Notes under the pieces: model-generated | The model's input: only the letters and a program-made list of their open reading frames with translations | The model's database searches: none | Told to the model about the DNA's origin: nothing | NCBI GenBank assembly: GCA_041781135.1 | Contig: JBHAZV010000031.1 | Location: 1-16,783 of the forward strand | Source of the DNA: Acidaminobacteraceae bacterium | GTDB lineage: Bacteria; Bacillota; Clostridia; Peptostreptococcales; Acidaminobacteraceae | Direction: 5' to 3' | DNA length: 16,783 nt | Translations under genes and position numbers: made by a program | In this document: one piece after another, positions 5,997 to 14,350 of the stretch | Layout: every line of letters begins with the position of its first letter | Position numbering within the stretch: position 1 is the stretch's first letter

Positions 5997-7863
5997 TGAC
6001 TCCACCGGTATTCAAAATACTCGCAATCTCTGCGGCTATTTTATCTGCGGAAAGCCCGTAAAGTTCATATAAATCTTCAACATTGCCATGTGTTACAAAA
6101 TTGTCAAATCCGTTTTTTTTCACAACAGCACCCCTGGCGGCTGCACTCTCAACCAAATCTCCAAAACCACCCTTTATGATATGATCCTCAATAGTGAAAA
6201 TCCTATCCAAATCCGCGATGTATTTCGACACCGAATCGGAAAAGGGCTGAATCTGGACAATACAAAGCACCTCAATATCGATGTGATGCCTGCTCGACAG
6301 TATATCCGCAGCCTTGTCCGCCACCGCAGCCGCACGGCCGGTAGTAATAATCGCACTCCTGTGCGCTGTGCGGCGCGTAATAACCGGCTTGTCGAGCGGG
6401 CGTCCAATCTTTTCACATATACATCTCAGCGCAATTTCAGGTCCGCGAGGATAACGTATAGCCACCGGCACATCTGCAGCGTATGCCGCTTCCATCGCAT
6501 CGTAAAGCTGCTCATAAGTCGCGACAGAATATATCAGGATTCCCGGTATATGCGAAAGATATGATATATCGAAAATACCCTGATGCGTCTCGCCGTCTGC
6601 GCCTACAAGACCGGCCCTGTCAATACACAGCACTACCGGCGCGCGCTGGATACACACATCATGCAGCACCTGATCATAAGCTCTCTGTAGAAATGTCGAA
6701 TAAATTGCAACAAACGGCTTCAATCCTCCCAAAGCCATTCCGGCAGCAAGAGTTACCGCGTGCTGTTCTGCGATTCCGACATCAAATATCCTGCCCGGAA
6801 ACTTCTTTTCAAATGGTGCAAGCCCCGTTCCATCAATCATTGCAGCAGATATCGCCACAATATTGCCGCGCTCCGAAGCCATATCGGAGAGCTTCATGCC
6901 GAACGCCGAAGAAAAATCACGTATCTCAGACTGCGGTTTAACGACGCCGACAAGCGGATCAAATCTTCCTACGCCGTGATATAACGCAGGCTCACGCTCG
7001 GCAGGGGCATACCCCTTTCCCTTTACCGTACGAACGTGCAGTACAGCGGGTCCCTCGTAATCACGCAGTTTTTCAAATGCCCGTTCAAGCTTGGAAATAT
7101 TATGACCGTCCACACGCCCCAGGTACTTAATGCCAAACTCCTCGAACATCTGACCGCTGCCGATAAAAAAAGTTCGAAACGCCTTCTTGACAGAGCTGAT
7201 TCCGCGCGAAAGCGGGACTCCGATCAGCGGGATTCCGGCTAAAATATTCTTTGCACTCTTTTTAATCTTGGTATAACCCGTGCTCGCTCTTAAGGAATTT
7301 ATAAATCCGCCCACATTCTTTGAAATGGACATCTCATTATCGTTAAATATTATTTTAACATTTTCTTTTGTGTGCCCTAAATGATTCAGCGCCTCGTACG
7401 CCATACCTCCTGTGAGCGCGCCGTCGCCAATCACGGCAATTGTTGTATACTTTGAATCGCCAAGCATACGGTTTGCAGCAGCAAAACCAATCGCGGCCGA
7501 TACCGAAGTCGAACTATGCCCAGTATCAAAACAGTCGTACTTAGACTCCGCGCGTTTTGGAAATCCGCTTAATCCACCGGTCGTCCGAATTGTGTTCATT
7601 TCATTCTTCCGACCGGTCAACATCTTATGAACATAGCTCTGGTGACCCACATCCCATACTATATTGGCATTATCCGAAAAAACAGAATACAGAGCAATCG
7701 TCAGTTCGACAACTCCTAAATTAGATGCCAAGTGTCCGCCCGTACTCGAAACAGTCCTCAACAATTCGGAACGAATTTCATCGGCGAGACGCTCTTTTTC
7801 GTCAGCCGACAGCGCGGATAAATCGCGCGGCGAATCTACTCTGTTAAGCACTTTTAAGTCCAT
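5983..7863 (-). CDS. dxs: 1-deoxy-D-xylulose-5-phosphate synthase
   Basis: STGGHLASNLGVVELTIALYSVF; TPP motif VIGDGALTGGMAYEALNH ... NDNEMSI; transketolase-like middle and C-terminal domains. The start is uncertain. ATG 7863 (MDLKVLNRVDSPRDL...) best matches the usual Dxs N-terminus; alternatives are ATG 7893 and GTG 7917 (the ORF-track maximum). Confidence 0.93.
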   Translation of the reverse strand: MDLKVLNRVDSPRDLSALSADEKERLADEIRSELLRTVSSTGGHLASNLGVVELTIALYSVFSDNANIVWDVGHQSYVHKMLTGRKNEMNTIRTTGGLSGFPKRAESKYDCFDTGHSSTSVSAAIGFAAANRMLGDSKYTTIAVIGDGALTGGMAYEALNHLGHTKENVKIIFNDNEMSISKNVGGFINSLRASTGYTKIKKSAKNILAGIPLIGVPLSRGISSVKKAFRTFFIGSGQMFEEFGIKYLGRVDGHNISKLERAFEKLRDYEGPAVLHVRTVKGKGYAPAEREPALYHGVGRFDPLVGVVKPQSEIRDFSSAFGMKLSDMASERGNIVAISAAMIDGTGLAPFEKKFPGRIFDVGIAEQHAVTLAAGMALGGLKPFVAIYSTFLQRAYDQVLHDVCIQRAPVVLCIDRAGLVGADGETHQGIFDISYLSHIPGILIYSVATYEQLYDAMEAAYAADVPVAIRYPRGPEIALRCICEKIGRPLDKPVITRRTAHRSAIITTGRAAAVADKAADILSSRHHIDIEVLCIVQIQPFSDSVSKYIADLDRIFTIEDHIIKGGFGDLVESAAARGAVVKKNGFDNFVTHGNVEDLYELYGLSADKIAAEIASILNTGGVNGAE

Positions 7864-7880
7864 ATGATCGTTATCGCCCG

Positions 7881-8330
7881 CTAAAAGATCCATATGTTGA
7901 GCGCCGCAGAAACACACAGCCCCAAAATCGAGCCGACAAATACTTCAAGCGGTTCGTGCCCGATAAGTTCCTTAAAGAGTTTTTGATTCATTCCGTTTTT
8001 TATAAGCTCGTCAAACTGCTGATTTAATAATCTCGCATGATGACCCACACTTCGCCTGACATTGCTTGCGTCATGCATCACAATAATCGCAAAAATCACT
8101 GCAAGCGCAAAGATCGTGGAAGAAAAGCCTTCGATATACCCCGTTGCAAAGGCGAGACCACAGACAGTAGACGCATGTGACGACGGCATGCCGCCCGAAC
8201 CGTGAAAGCGTTCAAAACTGAATCGCCCTTCCAGATAAAAAAATATCAAGACCTTTAGCGTCTGCGCCACAAACCAACATATAACTGCGGTAACCAATAC
8301 CCTGTTTGCAAATAAAGCTGATACTCCCAC
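7881..8330 (-). CDS. divergent PAP2 family membrane protein (YuiD/DUF212-type, 'acid phosphatase/vanadium-dependent haloperoxidase-related')
   Basis: 149 aa with about 4 TM. Family motifs GSGGMPSSHASTV and MHDASNVRRSVGHHA. The GTG start at 8330 overlaps the ispA TAG by 1 nt (TAGTG). AGGAAG lies ~10 nt upstream. Confidence 0.85.
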   Translation of the reverse strand: MGVSALFANRVLVTAVICWFVAQTLKVLIFFYLEGRFSFERFHGSGGMPSSHASTVCGLAFATGYIEGFSSTIFALAVIFAIIVMHDASNVRRSVGHHARLLNQQFDELIKNGMNQKLFKELIGHEPLEVFVGSILGLCVSAALNIWIF

Positions 8331-9232
8331 TATTTCTTTCTTCCTATCAATTTGTTTATTTCAATCCCAACCGCATCGAGTCCCAAGTATTGAGTTGCAG
8401 TCAATGCCTGTTTTTGCAATTCGCGCAGGTACTCGGATGTTCGCTCGACACCGAAGATTGCCGGCAGCGTTATTTTTCTTAAACTTCTGTCACGGCCCGT
8501 GCTCTTTCCGGAAATTTCCTTATCAGAATATATATCTATGAGATCGTCTGTGATCTGAAAAATCAAACCTATATTTTCGCCAAGCTGCTCAGCCGCAGCA
8601 ACCGCATGTCTATCAGCGCCGGAAAGAACAGCGCCTGCTACAATAGATGCAGATATCATTTTAGACGTCTTCAAAATATTGATATTTTTAATGCGCTCAA
8701 AATCATTGCCTGTCTGCTCGTAAAATTCGTCACCTTCGTCATCTTCGATATTTTTTATATCATAAGCCTGTCCAAGCACCATCCCCGACGCTCCGGATGC
8801 CCGCGCAATTGCAGAAGCGGCCTGCAAAGTTTCGTTGCAGAGGTCTGTGCTGACAGCTTTTATACATATTTCGTATGCCAGATTCAAAAGTGCATCGCCC
8901 GCAAGAATTGCAAGCGGTTCGCCAAACACCCGATGCGCCGTCGGCTTGCCTCTTCTAAAGTCATCGTCATCCATGCTTGGCAAATCATCGTGTATCAGAG
9001 AATACGTATGAATACATTCTATTGCGCACGCAAACAAATCCACAGACATCCGCCGCTTCGGCGAAACGGCAGACCTGCACATATCGCCAAATGTGTTTAT
9101 CATCAGCATCGGTCTGAAGCGTTTTCCGCCCGCAAAAAGCGAATACGCCATCGCCTCATTAAGCTCGCTCGGCTGAACAAACTCATCAAACACATTCCTC
9201 AGCTTTTTTTCAAACAAAACCTTGTCAAACAT
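8330..9232 (-). CDS. ispA: (2E,6E)-farnesyl diphosphate synthase (short-chain polyprenyl synthase)
   Basis: 300 aa. First Asp-rich motif with 2-residue insertion, YSLIHDDLPSMDDDDFRRGKPTAH, with an aromatic Tyr five residues before it as in FPP synthases. Second motif FQITDDLID. Conserved xseB-ispA-dxs context. Confidence 0.92.
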   Translation of the reverse strand: MFDKVLFEKKLRNVFDEFVQPSELNEAMAYSLFAGGKRFRPMLMINTFGDMCRSAVSPKRRMSVDLFACAIECIHTYSLIHDDLPSMDDDDFRRGKPTAHRVFGEPLAILAGDALLNLAYEICIKAVSTDLCNETLQAASAIARASGASGMVLGQAYDIKNIEDDEGDEFYEQTGNDFERIKNINILKTSKMISASIVAGAVLSGADRHAVAAAEQLGENIGLIFQITDDLIDIYSDKEISGKSTGRDRSLRKITLPAIFGVERTSEYLRELQKQALTATQYLGLDAVGIEINKLIGRKK

Positions 9233-9416
9233 CCTTGACCTTCTTGCTTATACTATCTATTGTCAGTTTTGATTTCTCGAGTTCTGATCTCAATTCATCC
9301 ATAAGCGCCTGCGCTTTCTCGTAAAGCTCGACAACACTTGAAAGCGGAAGTTCAGAATTGGACAATTCCTCATTAATTTTTTTAAGCTCTTCCAATTTTT
9401 CTTCGTATGTCTTCAT
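9225..9416 (-). CDS. xseB: exodeoxyribonuclease VII small subunit
   Basis: 63-aa helical protein: MKTYEEKLEELKKINEELSNSELPLSSVVELYEKAQALMDELRSELEKSK. SD GGAGG lies 6 nt upstream. It immediately follows xseA. Confidence 0.9.
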   Translation of the reverse strand: MKTYEEKLEELKKINEELSNSELPLSSVVELYEKAQALMDELRSELEKSKLTIDSISKKVKDV

Positions 9417-10593
9417 TTGATACCTCCACTACATCTGCGCTTATATTGCCGTCCTTAGTCATAATTTCGATTCTTTCGCCAGGCTTGACCGCGGCAGCGG
9501 TAACGACCCTGCTGTTCGAATATACAAGAGCATAGCCTCTTTCAAGTATCTTAAAAGGCGACGCCGCTTCGACACGCAGCCCCAAATTTTCAAGGAGCGA
9601 CTGCTTTCGCTCAAAAATCCTGTAGACAGAATCGGATAACCCCGACGCCAAAGCTTCTAAAACTCTTTCTTTAGCGCGTAGCCTTTCTTCGGGACTCACA
9701 AGCTTTATCTTCAAAAATTCGCGTTCGACACCTGCAAGAAAACGATGCGCTTTTTCTGAAATTTCATTCCACTCTGCAACCGCAAAAGCAAAATACATCG
9801 CGCGCGATGAACGGACAGCGACCTCAATCGCCGCATCTGTCGGAGTAATACAGTGCTTGTCGGCGCATCGCTCAGCTATGGAAAGATCGCGTTCATGCCC
9901 TATTGCACATATTACTGGAATGCGAGAATCGTGAATTGCTTCGAAGCAGGCAAGATCGTTGAAAACAGCCAAATCTTCCTTGCCGCCGCCTCCTCTTGTA
10001 AGAACAATAACATCCGCCTCATCCGGCGAACTATTTATGCTGTTTAGGGCTTCCGCAATCTGCAAGGCCGCTTCCTGCCCCTGCACCCTTACATCGTATA
10101 TGCATACGACCGCAACAGAACCCCTGTTTTCAAGAGTCTTACATACGTCGCCGACAGCTGCTCCTTCTTCAGAGGTGACAAGAGCCACTTTTTTAATTAT
10201 TGCAGGAATATTCTTTTTGTTCCGCGGGTCAAAATAACCTTTTTTTTCTAATTCTGCAACTAATTTCTCTAATTTTTCTTTTTCTAAACCGTCGCCGACT
10301 CTGCTGATTTTATTTGCAATAAGCTGATACTTGCCTTTGCCGGTCCATACCGCAACCCTGCCGACCACTTCTACCTGGTCGCCCTGTTTAATATCGCTTA
10401 CGCTCCAATAAACGCACGAAAGTTCTGCGTTTGCGTCCTTCAAGGTAAACCAAGTACTGCTCTTGCCCTGACGACTATAAACCGTTACACCGACTACCTC
10501 TCCGACTACATTTACCGTATGGAGCAAGGGGCTGCTTTCAACAGCCATCTTAACAAGATTGTTTAACTCGGTGACGCTGAGTATTCTCGCCAA
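9382..10593 (-). CDS. xseA: exodeoxyribonuclease VII large subunit
   Basis: N-terminal OB fold (LSVTELNNLVKMAVESSPLLHTVNVVGEVVGV...WFTLKD), catalytic core (VALVTSEEGAAVGD...LTRGGGGKEDL...PVICAIGHERD). I prefer TTG 10593, preceded by AAGGAG plus a 6-nt spacer. The ORF-track start is TTG 10608, which overlaps the nusB stop. The 3' end overlaps xseB by 35 nt. Confidence 0.9.
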   Translation of the reverse strand: MARILSVTELNNLVKMAVESSPLLHTVNVVGEVVGVTVYSRQGKSSTWFTLKDANAELSCVYWSVSDIKQGDQVEVVGRVAVWTGKGKYQLIANKISRVGDGLEKEKLEKLVAELEKKGYFDPRNKKNIPAIIKKVALVTSEEGAAVGDVCKTLENRGSVAVVCIYDVRVQGQEAALQIAEALNSINSSPDEADVIVLTRGGGGKEDLAVFNDLACFEAIHDSRIPVICAIGHERDLSIAERCADKHCITPTDAAIEVAVRSSRAMYFAFAVAEWNEISEKAHRFLAGVEREFLKIKLVSPEERLRAKERVLEALASGLSDSVYRIFERKQSLLENLGLRVEAASPFKILERGYALVYSNSRVVTAAAVKPGERIEIMTKDGNISADVVEVSNEDIRRKIGRA

Positions 10594-10604
10594 GGCACGC
10601 TCCT

Positions 10605-11054
10605 TCAATCGACATAGTTGGCGAGCAGCCCGTTAATAAACTGCGGCGATTTTTCCTCGCCGTAAATTTTTGCAAGCTCCACCGCTTCATCAACACTGAC
10701 TTTTGCCGGAATATCGTCAAGATAAAGAATCTCGGTGATTGCAACTCTGAGTATAGCCAAATCCGCCAGTGCGATTCTGCTGAATTTCCACCCGCGCAAA
10801 TTACTCTTAATTGCCTCGTCAACACTTTCTTTTTTCGCAACAAAATGACAAAACAATTCTTCAAGATACGGCATATCAAGAGAATCCGAACCCACAGCTC
10901 CATAATGCTTCTGATTCAGTTCTTCGCTGTCATCTTCGTCACACTGCTCCACATAACGAGAAAGTAGCTTCGCATAATCTGAAGTATCACGTAATTCAAG
11001 CTGATACATAATCTGCGTCGCTACATCTCGAGTAAATTTTCGTTGTTTTTTCAT
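10605..11054 (-). CDS. nusB: transcription antitermination factor NusB
   Basis: 149 aa: RDVATQIMYQLEL ... FSRIALADLAILRVAITEILYLDDIPAKVSVDEAVELAKIYGEEKSPQFINGLL. The start overlaps the asp23 stop (TAATG). Confidence 0.92.
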   Translation of the reverse strand: MKKQRKFTRDVATQIMYQLELRDTSDYAKLLSRYVEQCDEDDSEELNQKHYGAVGSDSLDMPYLEELFCHFVAKKESVDEAIKSNLRGWKFSRIALADLAILRVAITEILYLDDIPAKVSVDEAVELAKIYGEEKSPQFINGLLANYVD

Positions 11055-11410
11055 TACTTAATTTTGAAGTTTATCGCCTGTACATTAACATTTACGCTGT
11101 ACACATTTGCGGCGGTCATGCTCTCCACCGCTTCCTTTACAGCGCACTGAACCCGTGCTGCAATGGCGTACATATCTGTTCCAAAATCGACAATGATATC
11201 TATATCAATATCAATTCCGTGCTCTGCAATCGCCACACTAACCCCTTTGCCGACGTTCTTAATGCCGAAAAATTCAAACATTTCCTCGGAAAAAGAGCCA
11301 TGAAGCTCAGCTACTCCCTTTACTTCACTTGCGGCAATTGAAGCGATTACTCCGATAACTTCTTCGGAAATATGCACCGCGCCTGAATCAAAGACACCTA
11401 ACTCCGCCAT
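11054..11410 (-). CDS. Asp23/Gls24 family envelope-stress (alkaline shock) protein
   Basis: 118 aa: ISEEVIGVIASIAASEVKGVAELHG ... GVSVAIAEHGIDIDIDIIVDFGTDMYAIAARVQCAVKEAVESMTAANVYSVNVNVQAI. This is the typical family pattern, at the position of B. subtilis yqhY upstream of nusB. Confidence 0.88.
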   Translation of the reverse strand: MAELGVFDSGAVHISEEVIGVIASIAASEVKGVAELHGSFSEEMFEFFGIKNVGKGVSVAIAEHGIDIDIDIIVDFGTDMYAIAARVQCAVKEAVESMTAANVYSVNVNVQAINFKIK

Positions 11411-11413
11411 ACT

Positions 11414-11764
11414 CTATTCTGCCGAGCAGCCGCATTCACAATGTTCGTCATCGTGATCATCACAATCGCAGCAATCTTCGCAATCACAGCAATCATCATA
11501 ATCATCGAAATCTTCGAGTTCAAACTCTTCCTCGATAAAATCTTCGAGTGCTTCTAAGTCATCATCTACAGAAGCGATATATTCGTCAAGTTCATCAAGG
11601 GAATCATTGATCTCGTCAACTTCGTCGTACACGTACTCAAACTCTTCAGCAACAGACTCCAAAGCCTCGATTATGCTGTAAAGAATCTTTCCTTCCTTTG
11701 ATTCTCCGTCCAGCTTAAGACCTTCTGCAAGTCCTTTGATGTAAGCTATTTTTTCATTTAACAT
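11414..11764 (-). CDS. hyper-acidic small protein with Cys/His-rich C-terminal tail (function unknown)
   Basis: 116 aa. SD AGGAGGAA upstream of ATG 11764. 46 of 116 residues are D/E, with only 5 Lys and no Arg. The tail DDCCDCEDCCDCDDHDDEHCECGCSAE holds 9 Cys and 2 His. From memory (unverified), it resembles the clostridial family named after C. difficile CD1247 that sits between efp and asp23. Confidence 0.75.
   Translation of the reverse strand: MLNEKIAYIKGLAEGLKLDGESKEGKILYSIIEALESVAEEFEYVYDEVDEINDSLDELDEYIASVDDDLEALEDFIEEEFELEDFDDYDDCCDCEDCCDCDDHDDEHCECGCSAE
11459..11494 (-). repeat. 18-nt tandem duplication inside the Cys-rich tail (DCCDCE / DCCDCD)
   Basis: The plus strand reads atcacaatcgcagcaatc (11459-11476) and ttcgcaatcacagcaatc (11477-11494), 15 of 18 identical and in frame. 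Confidence 0.8.
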
Positions 11765-11794
11765 ATTTGTTCCTCCTGTATATTTTTCGCGCCG

Positions 11795-12352
11795 TTATGC
11801 CCTTGAAAGGTACTCACCGGAACGCGTATCTATTTTTATTTTATCGCCTTCGTTGACAAAAAGCGGAACCTGAATCTCGGCACCAGTTTCTACCTTTACC
11901 CTCTTTGTCGCATTGGTAGCCGTATTGCCTTTGACGCTCGGTTCAGATTCTACAACTTCAAGCACGACAAAATTCGGCGGCTCAACCATAAATACATTGC
12001 CCTTATAAAACTTAAGAGTCGCTTTATCGTTTTCTCTGAGATATAGCACCGCATCTTCAACCTGTTCTTTTTGAAGCGGAATCTGGTCGTATGTTTCTCC
12101 ATCCATAAAATAGTAGAAGTCACCTTCATTGTAGAGATACTCCATCTCCTTGGTTTCGATGTGCGCCTTTTCAAATTTTTCGGACGGATTGAATGTCTGC
12201 TCTCTGATAATGCCGGAAATCAAGCTCTTGTAAGTTGTCCTTACAAATGCTGCACCTTTGCCGGGTTTAACATGCTGAAAATCAACGATTACATATGGTT
12301 CCCCATCCATCTCGAACGTAATTCCCTTTCTGAAATCACTTGCTGTTATCAT
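11795..12352 (-). CDS. efp: elongation factor P
   Basis: 185 aa: [44 protein letters not shown], carrying the modified-loop Lys32 in the PGKG context. SD GGAGGAGG upstream. Confidence 0.96.
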   Translation of the reverse strand: MITASDFRKGITFEMDGEPYVIVDFQHVKPGKGAAFVRTTYKSLISGIIREQTFNPSEKFEKAHIETKEMEYLYNEGDFYYFMDGETYDQIPLQKEQVEDAVLYLRENDKATLKFYKGNVFMVEPPNFVVLEVVESEPSVKGNTATNATKRVKVETGAEIQVPLFVNEGDKIKIDTRSGEYLSRA

Positions 12353-12373
12353 ATTGCCTCCTCCGCAATTATA

Positions 12374-14350
12374 TCATATATTGTCCTGCTCCGAAAGCTG
12401 GCTTTTGTGCTTTTTATAGAAATCATATTTTGGCGGAATAGATTCAATTGTATGCACGCTCGGATTTTCCATATACGCTTCTATTGGCTCAAATACATAT
12501 TCCCATGACCAAAGCTTCTCATTCAAATTCATCATTTTTCTGATATTTTCGGCAGATATCGGAGTTATTGGATGCAGCAGAAGCGCCGCGACCTTTGAAG
12601 CGTAGAAGCAATCGGCAAGTGCCTGCCTATACCCCTCGGCACTTTCTGCGCCTGCCGAATTCTTTGCCCAATGTTTACTGATTTTTCTAATAAAATCATC
12701 AACAGCATAAATGACAAGATGAAACTCTTTGCGAGCCATATTCTTTTCGTATTCGAGCGCAGCTTTTTCAACTATAGCGCGAATTTCATCAGACGGAGCA
12801 ACCGCAGGGATTTTAGCATCGAAAAACCTCTGAGACGTATAAAAACATGACCTCAGTATTCTGTTAAAAACATTCGTAAGAAGGTTTCCGTCTTTAAGCA
12901 CAGGATCCTCTGCGCTCGCACTTTCATCATCACCTGCTGCAAACGCTTTCGGATTAAATGATGCTGATTTTTTGGAAAGACCAAGACTCAAAAAATGCAT
13001 CCTAAGCTGATCCACAGTGTATTTTTCGAGCAATTCTATTGCCATCGGAGGTTTTACTGCACCTGATGACGAAGCCTTGCTTCCCATATATTGTAAATGA
13101 GCATTAGAGACAAGCATCGGATAATCGCCGCCCTCAAGGTACCGGTCGTCGTCTGGCATGATTCCAAGATACGCCATCTTTAGACCCATTTCAGCAATAC
13201 CGTAAAAATACACATTATCTTCCCCAATAACCTGATACTGCTCAGCTTCTTCAGAGAGCCACCATTTACGCCAATCCTGTTCTTTTTCCGGAGCATTGAG
13301 AAGGTGTGTCTTTGTAAAAGAAACAGGCGCCCAAAGCGATTCCGGCCAAACCCAGAAAGTGAGCCCCTTCAAATCCTCGGTGTCCGGGACCGGAACTCCC
13401 CATTCGACATTTCCGGTGAGTCTAAATGGAACCAATGTCTTGCCTGTTCTGAATTTTACGCCAAAGGCAGCGAGTTCCGCTCTCGCTTTGTCGCGTTGTT
13501 CAAGATTGTCATATTCATAGACTACGCTGCTTGACTTGCCATCGTCTGCAATTCTCAAAGCGCTGACTCCACCCTGAGGCAGGTTCTCGTGATCCTTTCG
13601 ATTTACATATATGCACGGTTTTTTCAAAAATTCCTTTATGGATGAATACACGTTCTCGCGAATCCGTTTTTCTTTTTTTAATTTTTCGATCATATCCGCG
13701 AGTTTTTCGATATATTCATCAAGTATAAAGTACCAATTTGTAACATTGCGAAGCTCCGGCGTCTTTCCTGATAGTATTGAAACCGGCTCAATCAGCTCTT
13801 CAGGAAGATACTGATGTCCCATATCACATTCATCTGCATATCCCTTTTCCGAACGGCAGCCTTCAACAGGACATTTTCCAACTACCTGTCTGCCGTTAAG
13901 ATATACGTTTTTATCAGAATCGAAAAATTGCAGAGTGCCCATTTTTCTCAAAACGCCGTTTTTATAAAGAATCTCAAACAATTCCTTCGAAACCTCTGCG
14001 TGGATTCTGCCGCTTTCTCCAAAAGCTGACGCCGCAAAAAGGCTTGGCTCAATCTGATAAGCCGCAAGCACCTCCTTTTGAAGCTTGCAAAAACCTTCGA
14101 CATATTCAGATATCGTTACAGGATTTTCCAAAGAGGCGGCGTATTTTTCATAACTGGCAACTATCGGCGAGCCGTAACAATCTGTTCCTGAAACAAACAC
14201 CACATTCTCGCGCCCAATCCTGTCCTGAAGAAATCTATATAGTGTATCAGCATGCACAAATACCCCGCCTATATGTCCAAAATGCATGGACTTGTTGCCA
14301 TAAGGCATTCCGGCCGTTATAACTGCCCTTTTAGGAAACTTAGGTCTCAT
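12374..14350 (-). CDS. methionine--tRNA ligase-like class I aminoacyl-tRNA synthetase (divergent)
   Basis: 658 aa. MetRS-like N-terminus AVITAGMPYGNKSMHFGHIGGVFVHADTLYRFLQDRIGRENVVFVSGTDCYGSPI. One knuckle, GKCPVEGCRSEKGYADECDMGH. Anticodon-domain motifs NVFNR and HW. The KMSKS position reads KASSS (aa 425-429). No C-terminal EMAP/Trbp111-like domain. I have not assigned metG because of the atypical active-site motifs. Confidence 0.75.
   Translation of the reverse strand: MRPKFPKRAVITAGMPYGNKSMHFGHIGGVFVHADTLYRFLQDRIGRENVVFVSGTDCYGSPIVASYEKYAASLENPVTISEYVEGFCKLQKEVLAAYQIEPSLFAASAFGESGRIHAEVSKELFEILYKNGVLRKMGTLQFFDSDKNVYLNGRQVVGKCPVEGCRSEKGYADECDMGHQYLPEELIEPVSILSGKTPELRNVTNWYFILDEYIEKLADMIEKLKKEKRIRENVYSSIKEFLKKPCIYVNRKDHENLPQGGVSALRIADDGKSSSVVYEYDNLEQRDKARAELAAFGVKFRTGKTLVPFRLTGNVEWGVPVPDTEDLKGLTFWVWPESLWAPVSFTKTHLLNAPEKEQDWRKWWLSEEAEQYQVIGEDNVYFYGIAEMGLKMAYLGIMPDDDRYLEGGDYPMLVSNAHLQYMGSKASSSGAVKPPMAIELLEKYTVDQLRMHFLSLGLSKKSASFNPKAFAAGDDESASAEDPVLKDGNLLTNVFNRILRSCFYTSQRFFDAKIPAVAPSDEIRAIVEKAALEYEKNMARKEFHLVIYAVDDFIRKISKHWAKNSAGAESAEGYRQALADCFYASKVAALLLHPITPISAENIRKMMNLNEKLWSWEYVFEPIEAYMENPSVHTIESIPPKYDFYKKHKSQLSEQDNI

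Noticed and set aside
8330-8332. Looked for an OLE RNA gene between ispA and the PAP2/DUF212 gene
   Set aside because: The ispA stop and the next start overlap, so there is no room for a ~600-nt RNA. The only long non-coding stretch in the window (16003-16645) is AT-rich and shows no obvious extended GC-rich helices. I cannot exclude it without a covariance-model search.
8606-9238. 210-aa plus-strand ORF antisense to ispA, and similar antisense ORFs in recN (2286-2753, 2674-3015), dxs (6088-6564, 6483-6941), the MetRS-like gene, the helicase (14252-14725, 14812-15126) and the membrane protein (1429-1734, 1825-2115)
   Set aside because: Each lies opposite a CDS with unmistakable family motifs. 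The translations are Arg/Cys/His/Ser-rich low-complexity sequence typical of antisense frames, and none has a convincing SD.
10550-10903. 117-aa minus-strand ORF overlapping nusB and xseA in another frame
   Set aside because: The nusB frame carries the conserved NusB motifs. This frame gives an implausible basic, Cys-rich sequence.
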